This document shows positions 47,280-56,708 of a stretch of DNA of 57,793 bases, piece by piece; position 1 is the first letter of the stretch; each line of letters starts with the position of its first letter. The stretch lies in IMG/VR virus record IMGVR_UViG_3300032329_000471, positions 64,001 through 121,793 of that record; one strand, given 5' to 3'. The position numbers and the translations under genes are program-made. The stretch is from a virus. Lineage: Duplodnaviria > Heunggongvirae > Uroviricota > Caudoviricetes. The notes beneath the pieces are model-generated. The model did no database searches. It was not told the origin of the DNA and saw only the letters and a list, made by a program, of their open reading frames with translations.

Positions 47280-47867
47280 ATGAGTCAATTATTCTATGCC
47301 CAAAAAGATAATCTTGGTTTTCCTATTCCAGGTACCATGATGTCAACTTCTTTAGCATCTATTCCTAAGAATACATATGCTATAACTACTTCACCAGCTA
47401 TATATCAAAGAGAATTAATTCACGAAGGTGGATTAAGATATTTTGTTCGTAAAAAAACTAATGGTAATATTATAGCAAACAGTTTGTTTATTAATACAAA
47501 ACAACCATCGGGTTTTGTTTATGAACTAAAAACTTTTAAAAATATACCTACTACTATACAAGGGTTTAACTATGTTGTTGGTAGCGGTCCTAGTGTTGTT
47601 GTTACACAACCTATTGCATTATATAATATAGTTTCAGGTCAAACTGTTACAATATCACATTCTTCAACTAATTTTCAGATATCTTTAGATGGTAGTACAT
47701 ATACAACATCTAGTGTAACAGCTACAACAGATGGATCTAATCCTTACAATATCACTTTGTATATTAGGCTTAAGTCTGGTTTATCTGCAGCTACTTATAC
47801 AGAAACTGTTACAATTAGTGTATCAGGTGTTTCAACTACATTTACAGTGAGTGGTATAGTTTCTTAA
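47280..47867 (+). CDS. Putative capsid decoration protein with a C-terminal Ig-like domain (start revised to 47280)
   Basis: MSQLFYAQKDNLGFPIPG...; Thr/Ser/Val-rich beta C-terminus (FQISLDG..LYIRLKSGLSAATYTETVTIS). Confidence 0.5.
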   Translation: MSQLFYAQKDNLGFPIPGTMMSTSLASIPKNTYAITTSPAIYQRELIHEGGLRYFVRKKTNGNIIANSLFINTKQPSGFVYELKTFKNIPTTIQGFNYVVGSGPSVVVTQPIALYNIVSGQTVTISHSSTNFQISLDGSTYTTSSVTATTDGSNPYNITLYIRLKSGLSAATYTETVTISVSGVSTTFTVSGIVS

Positions 47868-47885
47868 CTTTTAATATATTCTACG

Positions 47886-48248
47886 ATGCCCGCATCAACA
47901 CATTTAGCTGATAAAGTAAAAATATGGCTTTTCCCATCTCTAATGGGAATACTTGGTATGTTAATTTGGAATGATCTCCAAACAATTAAGACAAATCTAG
48001 CTAATGCATTGATACAAACAACTACGGATAAAGCAAATATAGAGAATCTTAATAATCGAGTAAACAGATTGGAAAATTTTGTTTATAAAACATCACCTGT
48101 TCAAGATATTATTAGTGATTCTAATAAACAAAAACAAACCTCCGTACCAACATCTAATGATACACTACCTACTTTTCAAAAAATAGTAGCTATAAAACCC
48201 GATGAAAGGGACATAATAGCTAAAATAATTCCTAAAAAAACTTTATAA
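47886..48248 (+). CDS. Single-TM coiled-coil membrane protein (lysis-cluster candidate)
   Basis: IWLFPSLMGILGMLIW TM segment followed by a coiled coil. Confidence 0.5.
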   Translation: MPASTHLADKVKIWLFPSLMGILGMLIWNDLQTIKTNLANALIQTTTDKANIENLNNRVNRLENFVYKTSPVQDIISDSNKQKQTSVPTSNDTLPTFQKIVAIKPDERDIIAKIIPKKTL

Positions 48249-48250
48249 CT

Positions 48251-48784
48251 ATGACCAGAGGATTATTTGAGTCAATTGATTGGCTTACAAAAAAAGTTAA
48301 TATTTTTTTAGCATTAGTTCCATTTCCATCTTTCGGATCTTTTGAAGATTCTACTACACAATCAAATGCTGGTGTTACTTCTGTAAATATAGTTACATTT
48401 AGTAGTACATCACAATCTAATGGTGTATCTATTGTATCAAGTTCAAAAATAACTTACGCTAATTCTGGAAACTATCTTATTAATTTTCTTGGACAGTTTT
48501 TCTTTAGCGGTGGTGCATCAAACTATAACATTACTGTTTGGTTAAGAAAAAATGGAGTAGATTTATTAGACTCTTCTTATACATTTACTACTACAAGTGC
48601 TCAAGGTGCTCAAACATTAGCTAATTTAGAAGATATTATTACAGTAAAAGCTGGTGATTATATCGAAGTGTGTTGGTGGGCCGGTGCTTCAGGTATAACA
48701 CTTAGTCCAACTACTGTTGCATCAAATCCAACAAGACCAGCGTCACCAAGTGCTAATATAAATACTTGGAAATTAGGAAACTAA
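48251..48784 (+). CDS. C1q/BclA-like jelly-roll fibre or decoration protein
   Basis: KITYANSGNYLINF, VWLRKNGVD, VKAGDYIEVCW pattern. Confidence 0.5.
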   Translation: MTRGLFESIDWLTKKVNIFLALVPFPSFGSFEDSTTQSNAGVTSVNIVTFSSTSQSNGVSIVSSSKITYANSGNYLINFLGQFFFSGGASNYNITVWLRKNGVDLLDSSYTFTTTSAQGAQTLANLEDIITVKAGDYIEVCWWAGASGITLSPTTVASNPTRPASPSANINTWKLGN

Positions 48785-48800
48785 CTAAAAACTTTATAAT

Positions 48801-49007
48801 ATGAAATTCGGAATAGAACAGTACAATAATCCCACTCCAAAAAAAATAGTTAAACTAGCTAATTCTATTATTACAGCTTGTACTTTTGCTGGAGCATCTG
48901 CTTCATTAAACAATCAACCAGTTATAGGAACAGTGATATTTGTCGTAGGTTATTTAGCTAAAATTGTTTCTGAATATTTTGGTGAAGAAATCTCTATACA
49001 ACAATAA
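48801..49007 (+). CDS. Putative holin-like small membrane protein
   Basis: 68 aa, two hydrophobic segments, upstream of the endolysin. Confidence 0.45.
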   Translation: MKFGIEQYNNPTPKKIVKLANSIITACTFAGASASLNNQPVIGTVIFVVGYLAKIVSEYFGEEISIQQ

Positions 49008-49009
49008 GT

Positions 49010-49630
49010 ATGAATAAGTTACCTTACATTGTTATAATTATATTATTAGTTGTTATATTTTTACAAAGAACTGGTTGTAAAAACTCAAATCCTTGTACTA
49101 TAGACACAATGCTAGTAAAACATGATACAACATATATATCTATTCATGATACTGTCAAAGGTGCATCTATATTTATTTCAGGTAAAGTAGATACATTATG
49201 GAAACATGATTCATTTTATGAACCAAGTAATAACTACGATACTCTATTAAAACAATATGATGATTTAGTAAACAAATACTTTACAACTAAATTATACAAA
49301 ACTAGATTTCCAATAAAAAACTATGGATATGTAGATGTATATGATAGTGTATTATGTAACTCTTTAAAATCATCTAAACTTATAAATAACTTATTGATTC
49401 CTGAAACTCATGATACTGTTAGATTGATTCATATTCAACATGATGAACCTAAACGACAGTTATACATTGGCGGTAGTGTATTCTTTCAAAATGATATAGA
49501 TCCACTTACAGGAATACAAATAGGTTTACTTTATAAAGATAAAAAAGATAGAATATTTACTATTAGTACTATATATGATGGTGGATTCTCTTACGGAGCC
49601 GGTTGTTACTGGAAAATAAAACTAAAATAA
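49010..49630 (+). CDS. Putative spanin-like membrane-anchored protein
   Basis: N-terminal TM LPYIVIIILLVVIFL, DTxYI repeats, C-terminal beta strands ending in YWKIKLK. Confidence 0.45.
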   Translation: MNKLPYIVIIILLVVIFLQRTGCKNSNPCTIDTMLVKHDTTYISIHDTVKGASIFISGKVDTLWKHDSFYEPSNNYDTLLKQYDDLVNKYFTTKLYKTRFPIKNYGYVDVYDSVLCNSLKSSKLINNLLIPETHDTVRLIHIQHDEPKRQLYIGGSVFFQNDIDPLTGIQIGLLYKDKKDRIFTISTIYDGGFSYGAGCYWKIKLK

Positions 49631-50046
49631 TGAACTGGAAAAACTTTGGAATAACATTAGCTGATAATGTAGCTTCTTTTGTAGGAAGCTGGAAGTTTAT
49701 CATTTGGCAAACAATCATCCTAGTTATATGGGGTACAGTAAATGTTGTTCACTTTACAAACTTTGATCCTTATCCTTTCATATTAATGAATCTTCTTCTT
49801 TCTTCTCAAGCTGCTTACGCTACACCTATGATTCTTATGTCTTCTAATAGACAAGCTATTAAAGATCGAGAGGAACTTCTTAAAGATCTAAAAGTAGATC
49901 AAGAATCTAATGAGATGTTAAAGAGTATATTCACACTACTTAAGAAAGTAGAAGAGGATATCGCTTTAGATAAACAATCTATAAAAGAACACGCTGAAAT
50001 ATTATCAGAGATTAAGAAAATTAAAAAAACTAAAAACAATGGCTAA
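49630..50046 (+). CDS. DUF1003-family membrane protein
   Basis: FVGSWKFII...FDPYPFILMNLLLSSQAAYATPMILMSSNRQ..DR; ATG overlaps the upstream TAA. Confidence 0.85.
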   Translation: MNWKNFGITLADNVASFVGSWKFIIWQTIILVIWGTVNVVHFTNFDPYPFILMNLLLSSQAAYATPMILMSSNRQAIKDREELLKDLKVDQESNEMLKSIFTLLKKVEEDIALDKQSIKEHAEILSEIKKIKKTKNNG

Positions 50047-50575
50047 GTTTGATCTTTACTTCCCTAAAGAAGTAGCTTTTGAAGGTGATAAATATGAGAA
50101 TGTTTTAAATGACAACGGTGGTTGTACTCGTTGGGGTCTAACGCTCGATGATCTAAAAGAATACAAACTAGACACTGATCACAATGGAATATTCGATTGT
50201 AATGATGTAAAAAATCTTTCAAGAGAGCAAGCTTACAAAGTACTTAAAAAACTATATTGGGATTATTTTAAAGCTGATGATATTCCTCATCAAGCTTTAG
50301 CTGAGTTTATTGTAGACGCAGGATTAAATCAAGGACGTGTTCTTATAGTTAAGTACTTACAAAATTTATTAGGTGTAACAGTAGATGGACATTTTGGTCC
50401 TATATCATTTAAAATTCTATTAGATAGGATTAAGATTGATAGTGGTAAAGGATTGTTTAATGAACTATATCAAAAAAGATTTGATAGATATAAAGCTATT
50501 GTAGTTAATAATCCATCACAGAACAAATTTTTCAAGGGCTGGATAAATAGATTAAATGGAATTAAATACTCTTAA
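50039..50575 (+). CDS. Endolysin, glycoside hydrolase family 108 with PG_binding_3
   Basis: FEG..Y...DNGGCTRWGLT, VDGHFGP, NPSQNKFFKGWINRL. Confidence 0.88.
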   Translation: MAKFDLYFPKEVAFEGDKYENVLNDNGGCTRWGLTLDDLKEYKLDTDHNGIFDCNDVKNLSREQAYKVLKKLYWDYFKADDIPHQALAEFIVDAGLNQGRVLIVKYLQNLLGVTVDGHFGPISFKILLDRIKIDSGKGLFNELYQKRFDRYKAIVVNNPSQNKFFKGWINRLNGIKYS

Positions 50576-50577
50576 AT

Positions 50578-50697
50578 ATGGCTAAAACAACAACTGGTGC
50601 TAATAAGATTACTTTTGGAGCGCGTAAAGGTGGTAAATCCAAAAAGTCTTCAGGACCAAAAGACAAAAAAGTGTCTAAATATGTAGGACAAGGATAA
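50578..50697 (+). CDS. Small basic protein (39 aa, not in the ORF track)
   Basis: MAKTTTGANKITFGARKGGKSKKSSGPKDKKVSKYVGQG; starts 2 nt after the endolysin stop and ends just before the terminator. Confidence 0.7.
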   Translation: MAKTTTGANKITFGARKGGKSKKSSGPKDKKVSKYVGQG

Positions 50698-50701
50698 TAA
50701 G

Positions 50702-50729
50702 AAAAGGAGCTAAGTTAATAGCTCCTTTT
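50702..50729. terminator. Bidirectional intrinsic terminator
   Basis: AAAAGGAGCTA-AGTTAA-TAGCTCCTTTT between convergent genes. Confidence 0.85.
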
Positions 50730-50732
50730 TTG

Positions 50733-52274
50733 TTATCTTATAACTCCACCTTTACTATTAATATTATAAATCTTTTTACCATCAAACATAACAGCTTGAT
50801 TTTTTTGTACATATTTTTCTATAATATCACTCCTAAAGTGATTAAATCTACAACCTTCAACACCTACAAAGAAAGCTTTTTCTGAATAATAATTACAATT
50901 ATCTTCAGCATCTGTTATGATGATAGCATTATCATCATTAGACATAATGTGATCTAACACTTTGTTAATATTTGTACCACCATGTAGTCCTATAGACGCA
51001 ATACTAAAAACATTTGGATTTATTTTTTTTACACTGTCATTAAAAACATATATATCTTTTAATAAATCCATTTGTTGTAATTTGAAAGCAAAAGCTTTAC
51101 AAAAATCCAACTTGTCAATATTATTACCATTGACATCAGTAACACCACAAGTACCAGACATAGATCCAGAAATATCAATATAAATACTAATTTTCCCTAT
51201 TTTGTTAACCTCTTTGATCTGAACATCTTCGATCATAAACTTTCTTAACATAGGATGTAAAAGCATATAATCTTCTATACCAGCTACATTATCAGTGTTA
51301 AATATATCTTCATACTTAACTTCATCTCTAGATGAAAAATAATTTTTAGATCTATCCATGAGTTTTTTAATAGCTTCTTTAAGACTACCCATAGAAAGTC
51401 CTATTTTAGCTAAATGTTCTCCTACTTTTTTTAATTCTCCTAGATCAAGTTTTGCGGCTCCTGATGCTTTGTCAGAATTATTATATAAATCTTCTTGAGT
51501 TGGTTCATCCATGATTTCATCTAAAGACTTACAAAGATTTTGAGCGTCTTGTATAGTTTTATCCATCTGGTCTTTAGATTGTTTATCATCAAACATTTTT
51601 TTCATCAGATTTTCCATACCGTCATTATCTCCACTTCCTTTAAGTGAATCCATCATTTTATCATGTTCATTTGGATCAGTATATTCTAATAAAGTCATTC
51701 TAGATATAAAATATTGTAAAACATTTCTTGTGAAAATAGAACTTTTCAGATTACTTGTTTCAGACATGATTTTACCAACTGGATTATTGGCTTTTTCTAT
51801 AAATTTATACTGACTATAATTCTTATCAGTACGTTCTTCAAAATTTATACTACTTATTTTGTGGTAATACATTTTAAAGATGTCGTTTTTAAGATGTTTC
51901 GGAAACTTTCTATAGTTTTCTTTCATCTTTTTACTAAATGCGTCAAAGTCAGGTTTAGAATCATTACCTGATAAAGCTTTGTAAGACGATGATTTTTGTA
52001 TACTTTCAAACACGTCTTTCATACTTTTTGGATCATCTAAAAATTTAGAACAGATATTATCTAATCTGTCTTCATCTATATAATGCATATATGGTTTAAT
52101 AAGATCGTTCTTTTTATAAAAACTTACTTTATCAAATAAACCACCTCCAGTCTTGTAGTGAGAAGTTATCTCACCTTTCTTTACTTTTTCTAAAATTGTA
52201 TAAGGGTTTTTTAAATCCTTTACATTATTAGTTGTTATTCTTTCTCCTGTTGAGAGACTTCTTAAATTAGCCAT
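50733..52274 (-). CDS. VWA-domain protein (ViaA/CoxE-like partner of the MoxR ATPase)
   Basis: MIDAS IYIDISGSMS, GGTNI, IIITDAED. Confidence 0.85.
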   Translation of the reverse strand: MANLRSLSTGERITTNNVKDLKNPYTILEKVKKGEITSHYKTGGGLFDKVSFYKKNDLIKPYMHYIDEDRLDNICSKFLDDPKSMKDVFESIQKSSSYKALSGNDSKPDFDAFSKKMKENYRKFPKHLKNDIFKMYYHKISSINFEERTDKNYSQYKFIEKANNPVGKIMSETSNLKSSIFTRNVLQYFISRMTLLEYTDPNEHDKMMDSLKGSGDNDGMENLMKKMFDDKQSKDQMDKTIQDAQNLCKSLDEIMDEPTQEDLYNNSDKASGAAKLDLGELKKVGEHLAKIGLSMGSLKEAIKKLMDRSKNYFSSRDEVKYEDIFNTDNVAGIEDYMLLHPMLRKFMIEDVQIKEVNKIGKISIYIDISGSMSGTCGVTDVNGNNIDKLDFCKAFAFKLQQMDLLKDIYVFNDSVKKINPNVFSIASIGLHGGTNINKVLDHIMSNDDNAIIITDAEDNCNYYSEKAFFVGVEGCRFNHFRSDIIEKYVQKNQAVMFDGKKIYNINSKGGVIR

Positions 52275-52289
52275 ATGTAAATTTGAAAT

Positions 52290-52320
52290 AAAATAAAAAG
52301 AGAGGGAAAAATCCCTCTCT
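52290..52320 (-). terminator. Intrinsic terminator between the MoxR ATPase and VWA genes
   Basis: Minus strand AGAGAGGGA-TTTT-TCCCTCTCT-TTTTATTTT. Confidence 0.75.
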
Positions 52321-52334
52321 TAATTATCGTTATG

Positions 52335-53774
52335 TTAGAATGGGTATTCTACTTCAGCTACCTTTATAGCTTCTCCATTAGACATATCACTAGCTAATTC
52401 ACCCATCATTTCGTCAAAAGATTCTGTAGAATCTTTACGAGCTGGGTGAGAAGATAAGATAAAATCAATAGCTGTTTCTATCTCGTTTACTTGTATTTCA
52501 TCCATTATACCACGAGTAGTATATGCATTAATACCAGCTTCTATCTCAGCGATAGCCAACTCAAGTTGTTCTGTTGTAGTATAAGATGCTAACATTTCTA
52601 CTTTGCTCATAATAGCTTTTACTTCAGGAGACATCAATTTATTTTGAAGTTCTGAACCAGCTGATTGAGAAATCATAATTTGAGCTGTCTTTACAAGAGC
52701 TTTATCTACACTGATATTCCAAATAAAAGATATAGCTTTAGCTAATCCAGGAACAAAAGTTAAAGTTCTATCAGAACTGTGTTGATAACCAACTTCTAAA
52801 TACTTTTCAAGTTTTTTAGTTGGTACATCTACTGTTGATATTTCTGTTTTATCAGGAACAGAAATCTTTATTTTCTCACGGTAGTTACGCGCACCCTTAT
52901 CAAAATATTTAACTAATTCACCAGCAGATACACGGTTTACTGTCATTTTTAACATAAACCTATCCCAAAAAGGACTACCTACTTCTTCTTTTGGTATTTC
53001 ATTACAAGTAGCTACAAATAGTTTCCATTTACAAGGAATCTTGTGTTTACCGTTAAATAAAAACTTCTCGTTCATTACACCCAACATTGCGTTACGGATA
53101 GCTGAAGAAGCTTTATCCACCTCATTAATCACTACTATTTCCGCGTCAGCAATAGGAGTGTTTAAGGTATACTGATTAGAAGTAAATAATTTACCTAAAT
53201 CAGGTATTCCTTTAATTTCTGATGACTTAGTCCCTTCGTCAGTTTCTAAGATATAAATCTTGTTCGCAAAGTCTTCAGCGGTCATATTACCGTCTTTATT
53301 TAACCAAGCTTTCGCATATTCTATTATTGTTTTTGTTTTAGCAGTTCCAGGTGCACCCACTAATAATAATGGCATTCCAGTAGATTCAGCTAAAGCTAAC
53401 ATCTTAAATACTTCTTCTTTATTAATCAAAGAACTGTCAATAACTCTTACTTCTTTTGCTGTTACTTTACTGGTTGATTTACCTTTTCCTAAGCTTGTAG
53501 CCATTTTTCTTAAATTTTTTTGTTTAATAATTTTTTCAACATTGAGATTTCTCCCCACTAATTTGAATGATTCTTCTCTAATTACACCACTTGTAGCTCT
53601 AGTAGTTTTTTCTATATCTACGTATAATTTGTCTTGATCTACTAAAGTGTAATTATATATTGGGTGGACTTGAAATACATCTTTAATAACAAAAAACTTT
53701 CCAACTAAACAAGGATTACACCCCCACCCAGCTTCTACAACTTCTACTAAATCACCTGGTTTAAACTTATTCAT
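52335..53774 (-). CDS. MoxR/RavA-like AAA+ ATPase (start 53774, or internal 53504)
   Basis: LVGAPGTAKT, ETDEGT, VVINEVDKASSAIRNAMLGVMNEK, ATCNEIP, FWDRF. Confidence 0.85.
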   Translation of the reverse strand: MNKFKPGDLVEVVEAGWGCNPCLVGKFFVIKDVFQVHPIYNYTLVDQDKLYVDIEKTTRATSGVIREESFKLVGRNLNVEKIIKQKNLRKMATSLGKGKSTSKVTAKEVRVIDSSLINKEEVFKMLALAESTGMPLLLVGAPGTAKTKTIIEYAKAWLNKDGNMTAEDFANKIYILETDEGTKSSEIKGIPDLGKLFTSNQYTLNTPIADAEIVVINEVDKASSAIRNAMLGVMNEKFLFNGKHKIPCKWKLFVATCNEIPKEEVGSPFWDRFMLKMTVNRVSAGELVKYFDKGARNYREKIKISVPDKTEISTVDVPTKKLEKYLEVGYQHSSDRTLTFVPGLAKAISFIWNISVDKALVKTAQIMISQSAGSELQNKLMSPEVKAIMSKVEMLASYTTTEQLELAIAEIEAGINAYTTRGIMDEIQVNEIETAIDFILSSHPARKDSTESFDEMMGELASDMSNGEAIKVAEVEYPF

Positions 53775-53775
53775 A

Positions 53776-54165
53776 TTATAAGTTAGCAAACGCATCAGCT
53801 CCAGATTTCTCTTCTTCTGATACAGAAACAACTAGTTCAGGAACCGTTATTCTATCTATTCCACTAAAATCTATTCCACTAAAACCTGTAAGAGCAGCCA
53901 TTATTGGTTTTGTTTCTTTTTCTTGTACAGGAACTGGTTCTACTACTTTAGTGTCATCCACTATTACAAAAATCTTATTAATTGTTTGAAGATTTACTAA
54001 GGCTGGATGTTTTTTGATTGTCATAATTTGACTATCCAAGGCTTCATACTTTTCTTGAATTGAGCCATAACCCATGTCATCTCTCTTTAACCAAGTTAAA
54101 CCACTACCAAGATCTGCTTGGATACTACTTACTGTTAACTGTACTTTCGGCAACTGTTTGTTCAT
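53776..54165 (-). CDS. Hypothetical protein
   Basis: 129-aa ORF in the operon. Confidence 0.65.
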   Translation of the reverse strand: MNKQLPKVQLTVSSIQADLGSGLTWLKRDDMGYGSIQEKYEALDSQIMTIKKHPALVNLQTINKIFVIVDDTKVVEPVPVQEKETKPIMAALTGFSGIDFSGIDRITVPELVVSVSEEEKSGADAFANL

Positions 54166-54184
54166 ATTTGCTTATTTTAAATGT

Positions 54185-54895
54185 TTAATACCAATTAATT
54201 TGAAACTCTGAACCATTCATGTTTTTAATAAGTCTATTGGTTTCGTTAAATATATTATTACAATCCCAATCTTTACCAGTGTATCCAGCTGATGCAGGAT
54301 GATTAGCTTTAAGAACATGATGTTGAGGTCCTATTATTTGCTCAAGTTCTTGAGCTTTTTTACCTAACAAAATAAAAATTAAACCCGCGTTAGTAAGATT
54401 TAACATATCTATAGTGTACATTACAAAATCATTCCATATTCCGTAATGTGTTCCTGGTTTATCTATCTGACAAGTAAGTGCGCTATTTAATAATAACACA
54501 CCTTGATTAGCCCAACGCTTTAAATCAGGATCTTGATAAACAGGAAAACCTTGAGCCACTGTCCTTTCGATTTCTTTAAAGATTTCTTTAAGACTCGGTT
54601 GTGGTTTCATAGATATACCACAAGAGAATCCTATACCATCAGCCACTTCAATTTGAAAATATGGATCTTGCCCAATGATTACAACTTTTAGATTATCTAA
54701 TGGACATTCTTCAAACGCTCTAAATACACGTTTGAGAGGAGGTGTAAATCTTTTCCCTTCTTCTCTGAGATCATAAAGTTGTTTAATAATACTATCAAAC
54801 TCACTACTTTGAATAAATCCTTTTAGTTTAATAGCCCAACCTGTAGGTTTAAGCTTTTCTATAAGTTTTTCTTTTATTTCATCGAGATCTATCAT
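54185..54895 (-). CDS. ung: Uracil-DNA glycosylase, family 1
   Basis: KVVIIGQDPY, ADGIGFS, PSLKEIFKE, WANQGVLLLNSALT, NHPASA. Confidence 0.95.
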   Translation of the reverse strand: MIDLDEIKEKLIEKLKPTGWAIKLKGFIQSSEFDSIIKQLYDLREEGKRFTPPLKRVFRAFEECPLDNLKVVIIGQDPYFQIEVADGIGFSCGISMKPQPSLKEIFKEIERTVAQGFPVYQDPDLKRWANQGVLLLNSALTCQIDKPGTHYGIWNDFVMYTIDMLNLTNAGLIFILLGKKAQELEQIIGPQHHVLKANHPASAGYTGKDWDCNNIFNETNRLIKNMNGSEFQINWY

Positions 54896-54902
54896 ATATT
54901 TG
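54895..54902 (+). promoter_or_regulatory. Bacteroidota -7 box for the 54917 gene
   Basis: TATATTTG ending 14 nt before the ATG; no clear -33 TTTG. Confidence 0.5.
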
Positions 54903-54916
54903 TAAAAATTATTTAT

Positions 54917-55222
54917 ATGTCAAATGTAACAATGATTAAAAAAGACGCTAAGGTTACTATTACTATTGGCGCTGGATTTATAGGTGAATTACAAAAACTT
55001 TTAATAAGTTTTTCTGCTGATAAATCAACAGAAGAAATAGAAGAGTTTAAAAAACTAGCTGAATCTGGAAAAACACCTACAAAACCTTGGATGAATAATG
55101 TTATTGTAATAGCAGCTCTTTTAAAAGAGATTGAAATAGAAGCTATGAAACAAAATCAGACGTTTAAAGAAGATGATTCTGTTATCCAAGAGGACAATTT
55201 ATCTCAGTTCCTAAATTTATAA
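54917..55222 (+). CDS. Hypothetical protein, lone plus-strand gene
   Basis: 101 aa, preceded by its own -7 box. Confidence 0.65.
   Translation: MSNVTMIKKDAKVTITIGAGFIGELQKLLISFSADKSTEEIEEFKKLAESGKTPTKPWMNNVIVIAALLKEIEIEAMKQNQTFKEDDSVIQEDNLSQFLNL
54921..54928 (-). promoter_or_regulatory. Bacteroidota -7 box for the ung operon
   Basis: TACATTTG on the minus strand, 25 nt before the ung ATG; the -33 position reads TTAG. Confidence 0.45.
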
Positions 55223-55577
55223 TAGCTTGTATAGCTAGAGCTAGTTCTTCTTTAGAACACTCACCAAAGCTCTTTACGAGGAAGTATTCTTTACCGGATA
55301 CTTCCCGCGCTATACAAAGTCCCGCTTTATCTTTAACCATCACCTTTAAATCTTCTACAAGAATACCGGTGTGTAAAGACAACGTTTTTAACATAGCGTG
55401 TATCTTAGCTAACTGAGGAAGTGTACCATCATCATGTGTAGCTTCAAAAAAAAACTCAATAATCTGACCCTCTTCTACTTTAGATAAGAATAATTCAAAT
55501 TGTTTAGAAAGAGCTAAAGTAGAATACTTTAGCTTTCCTTCTTTCTTTATCATTTTTCCATTAAAATGTCCTGTCAT
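55182..55577 (-). CDS. NinB/YbcN-like protein
   Basis: QLAKIHAMLKTLSLHTG..VEDLKVMVK...VKSFGECSKEEL..AIQ pattern. Confidence 0.45.
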   Translation of the reverse strand: MTGHFNGKMIKKEGKLKYSTLALSKQFELFLSKVEEGQIIEFFFEATHDDGTLPQLAKIHAMLKTLSLHTGILVEDLKVMVKDKAGLCIAREVSGKEYFLVKSFGECSKEELALAIQAIINLGTEINCPLG

Positions 55578-56677
55578 AGATTAAAATACTTTATTTTACT
55601 TTGATCAAAGTCTTTCAGCGCTTCTTTTACCCATATCTCATCTACAGTATTTTTATAACATAATATGTGTATAATAGCTGTTTCTTTTGGATTAAGTCTG
55701 AGGGCGCGCCCCAGTCGTTGTGAAACTTTACGTTCATTACCATAAGCGTGTAATATAATACATACACTAAGATTAGGAATATTAACACCTTCGCTTATTT
55801 GTAACACACAAGAAGCTTGTTGTATATCTCCTCTTTTAAACTTATCTAGATTATCTTGACTATCTGGATTATTAGAATGAATAGAGTGAGAACACATCTC
55901 ATCAGCTTGTTCTTGTGTATTACAGAATATAAGACACTTTTCATCTATATGAAGAGCTAACTTTTTAGCGTATCTTGCTTTAGACGGCATATTCATCAGA
56001 CTCTTCATACGCATCACTGACGCTATCTGTTTGTCTTTTTTACCTACAGCTTCATCAACTCGATTTGTCCAGTAGTTGTAGTCATCTATTTCAGATTTAT
56101 AAAAGCTTCCACCATTTTTAGTATTCACTTTTATTGTTTTATCAAAAGACAATGATAGATTGTGTACTATGATTCTATAATCATTAAGTATTTCATCTTC
56201 TACAGCGTTATCTGTTATATAAATAAACTTTACTGGACATACACTAGTAATCATCTTACTCTTTTCACTGTTAGGATATCTTGGCGGAGTACCTGTTAAT
56301 CCTAATGTTCTTCCTGTATAGAAGCTAAGAAATCCTAAATGTGAATATAACAAGTTATGTACTTCATCAAAGATTACAATACTGTAATCATTAGGATTCT
56401 TTTTATTAAGAGATATATAAGTGACATACTCTACAAGATCCATTACAGGTTTGTGTATATTATGCTTTATAGCTTCATCTTTCCAAGTAGTAAATATAGA
56501 CTTCTTAGGGCCTACTATTAACACTTTCTTTTTAATTTTTCCTTCAAGATAAAACTTTTGTAAATAACGTAATCCTATAAGTGTCTTACCAACCCCCATT
56601 GATACAGCCAATGTTACACGAGGATTATTTATCGCTATCTGTAAAGCGTCATCTTGGATTTGTTGTCGTTTATCCAT
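55574..56677 (-). CDS. Superfamily 2 helicase
   Basis: SMGVGKT, IFDEVHNL, LGLTGTP, SEGVNIPNL, QRLGRALR. Confidence 0.88.
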   Translation of the reverse strand: MDKRQQIQDDALQIAINNPRVTLAVSMGVGKTLIGLRYLQKFYLEGKIKKKVLIVGPKKSIFTTWKDEAIKHNIHKPVMDLVEYVTYISLNKKNPNDYSIVIFDEVHNLLYSHLGFLSFYTGRTLGLTGTPPRYPNSEKSKMITSVCPVKFIYITDNAVEDEILNDYRIIVHNLSLSFDKTIKVNTKNGGSFYKSEIDDYNYWTNRVDEAVGKKDKQIASVMRMKSLMNMPSKARYAKKLALHIDEKCLIFCNTQEQADEMCSHSIHSNNPDSQDNLDKFKRGDIQQASCVLQISEGVNIPNLSVCIILHAYGNERKVSQRLGRALRLNPKETAIIHILCYKNTVDEIWVKEALKDFDQSKIKYFNL

Positions 56678-56680
56678 ATT

Positions 56681-56708
56681 AAAAAAATTAGCTGTTCTGG
56701 TACAGCTA
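56681..56708 (-). terminator. Terminator-like hairpin just upstream of the SF2 helicase start
   Basis: Minus strand TAGCTGT-ACCAGA-ACAGCTA-ATTTTTTT. Confidence 0.6.

Noticed and set aside
355-53637. Short antisense or alternate-frame ORFs in the track (e.g. 355-537, 3272-3508, 15606-15905, 26520-26798, 29641-29973, 41537-41833, 53260-53637)
   Set aside because: They lie wholly within well-supported genes and have the biased composition expected of shadow ORFs.
34516-54895. Uracil-substituted genome suggested by dcd
   Set aside because: The phage encodes an intact family 1 UNG, which is hard to reconcile with dU-DNA.
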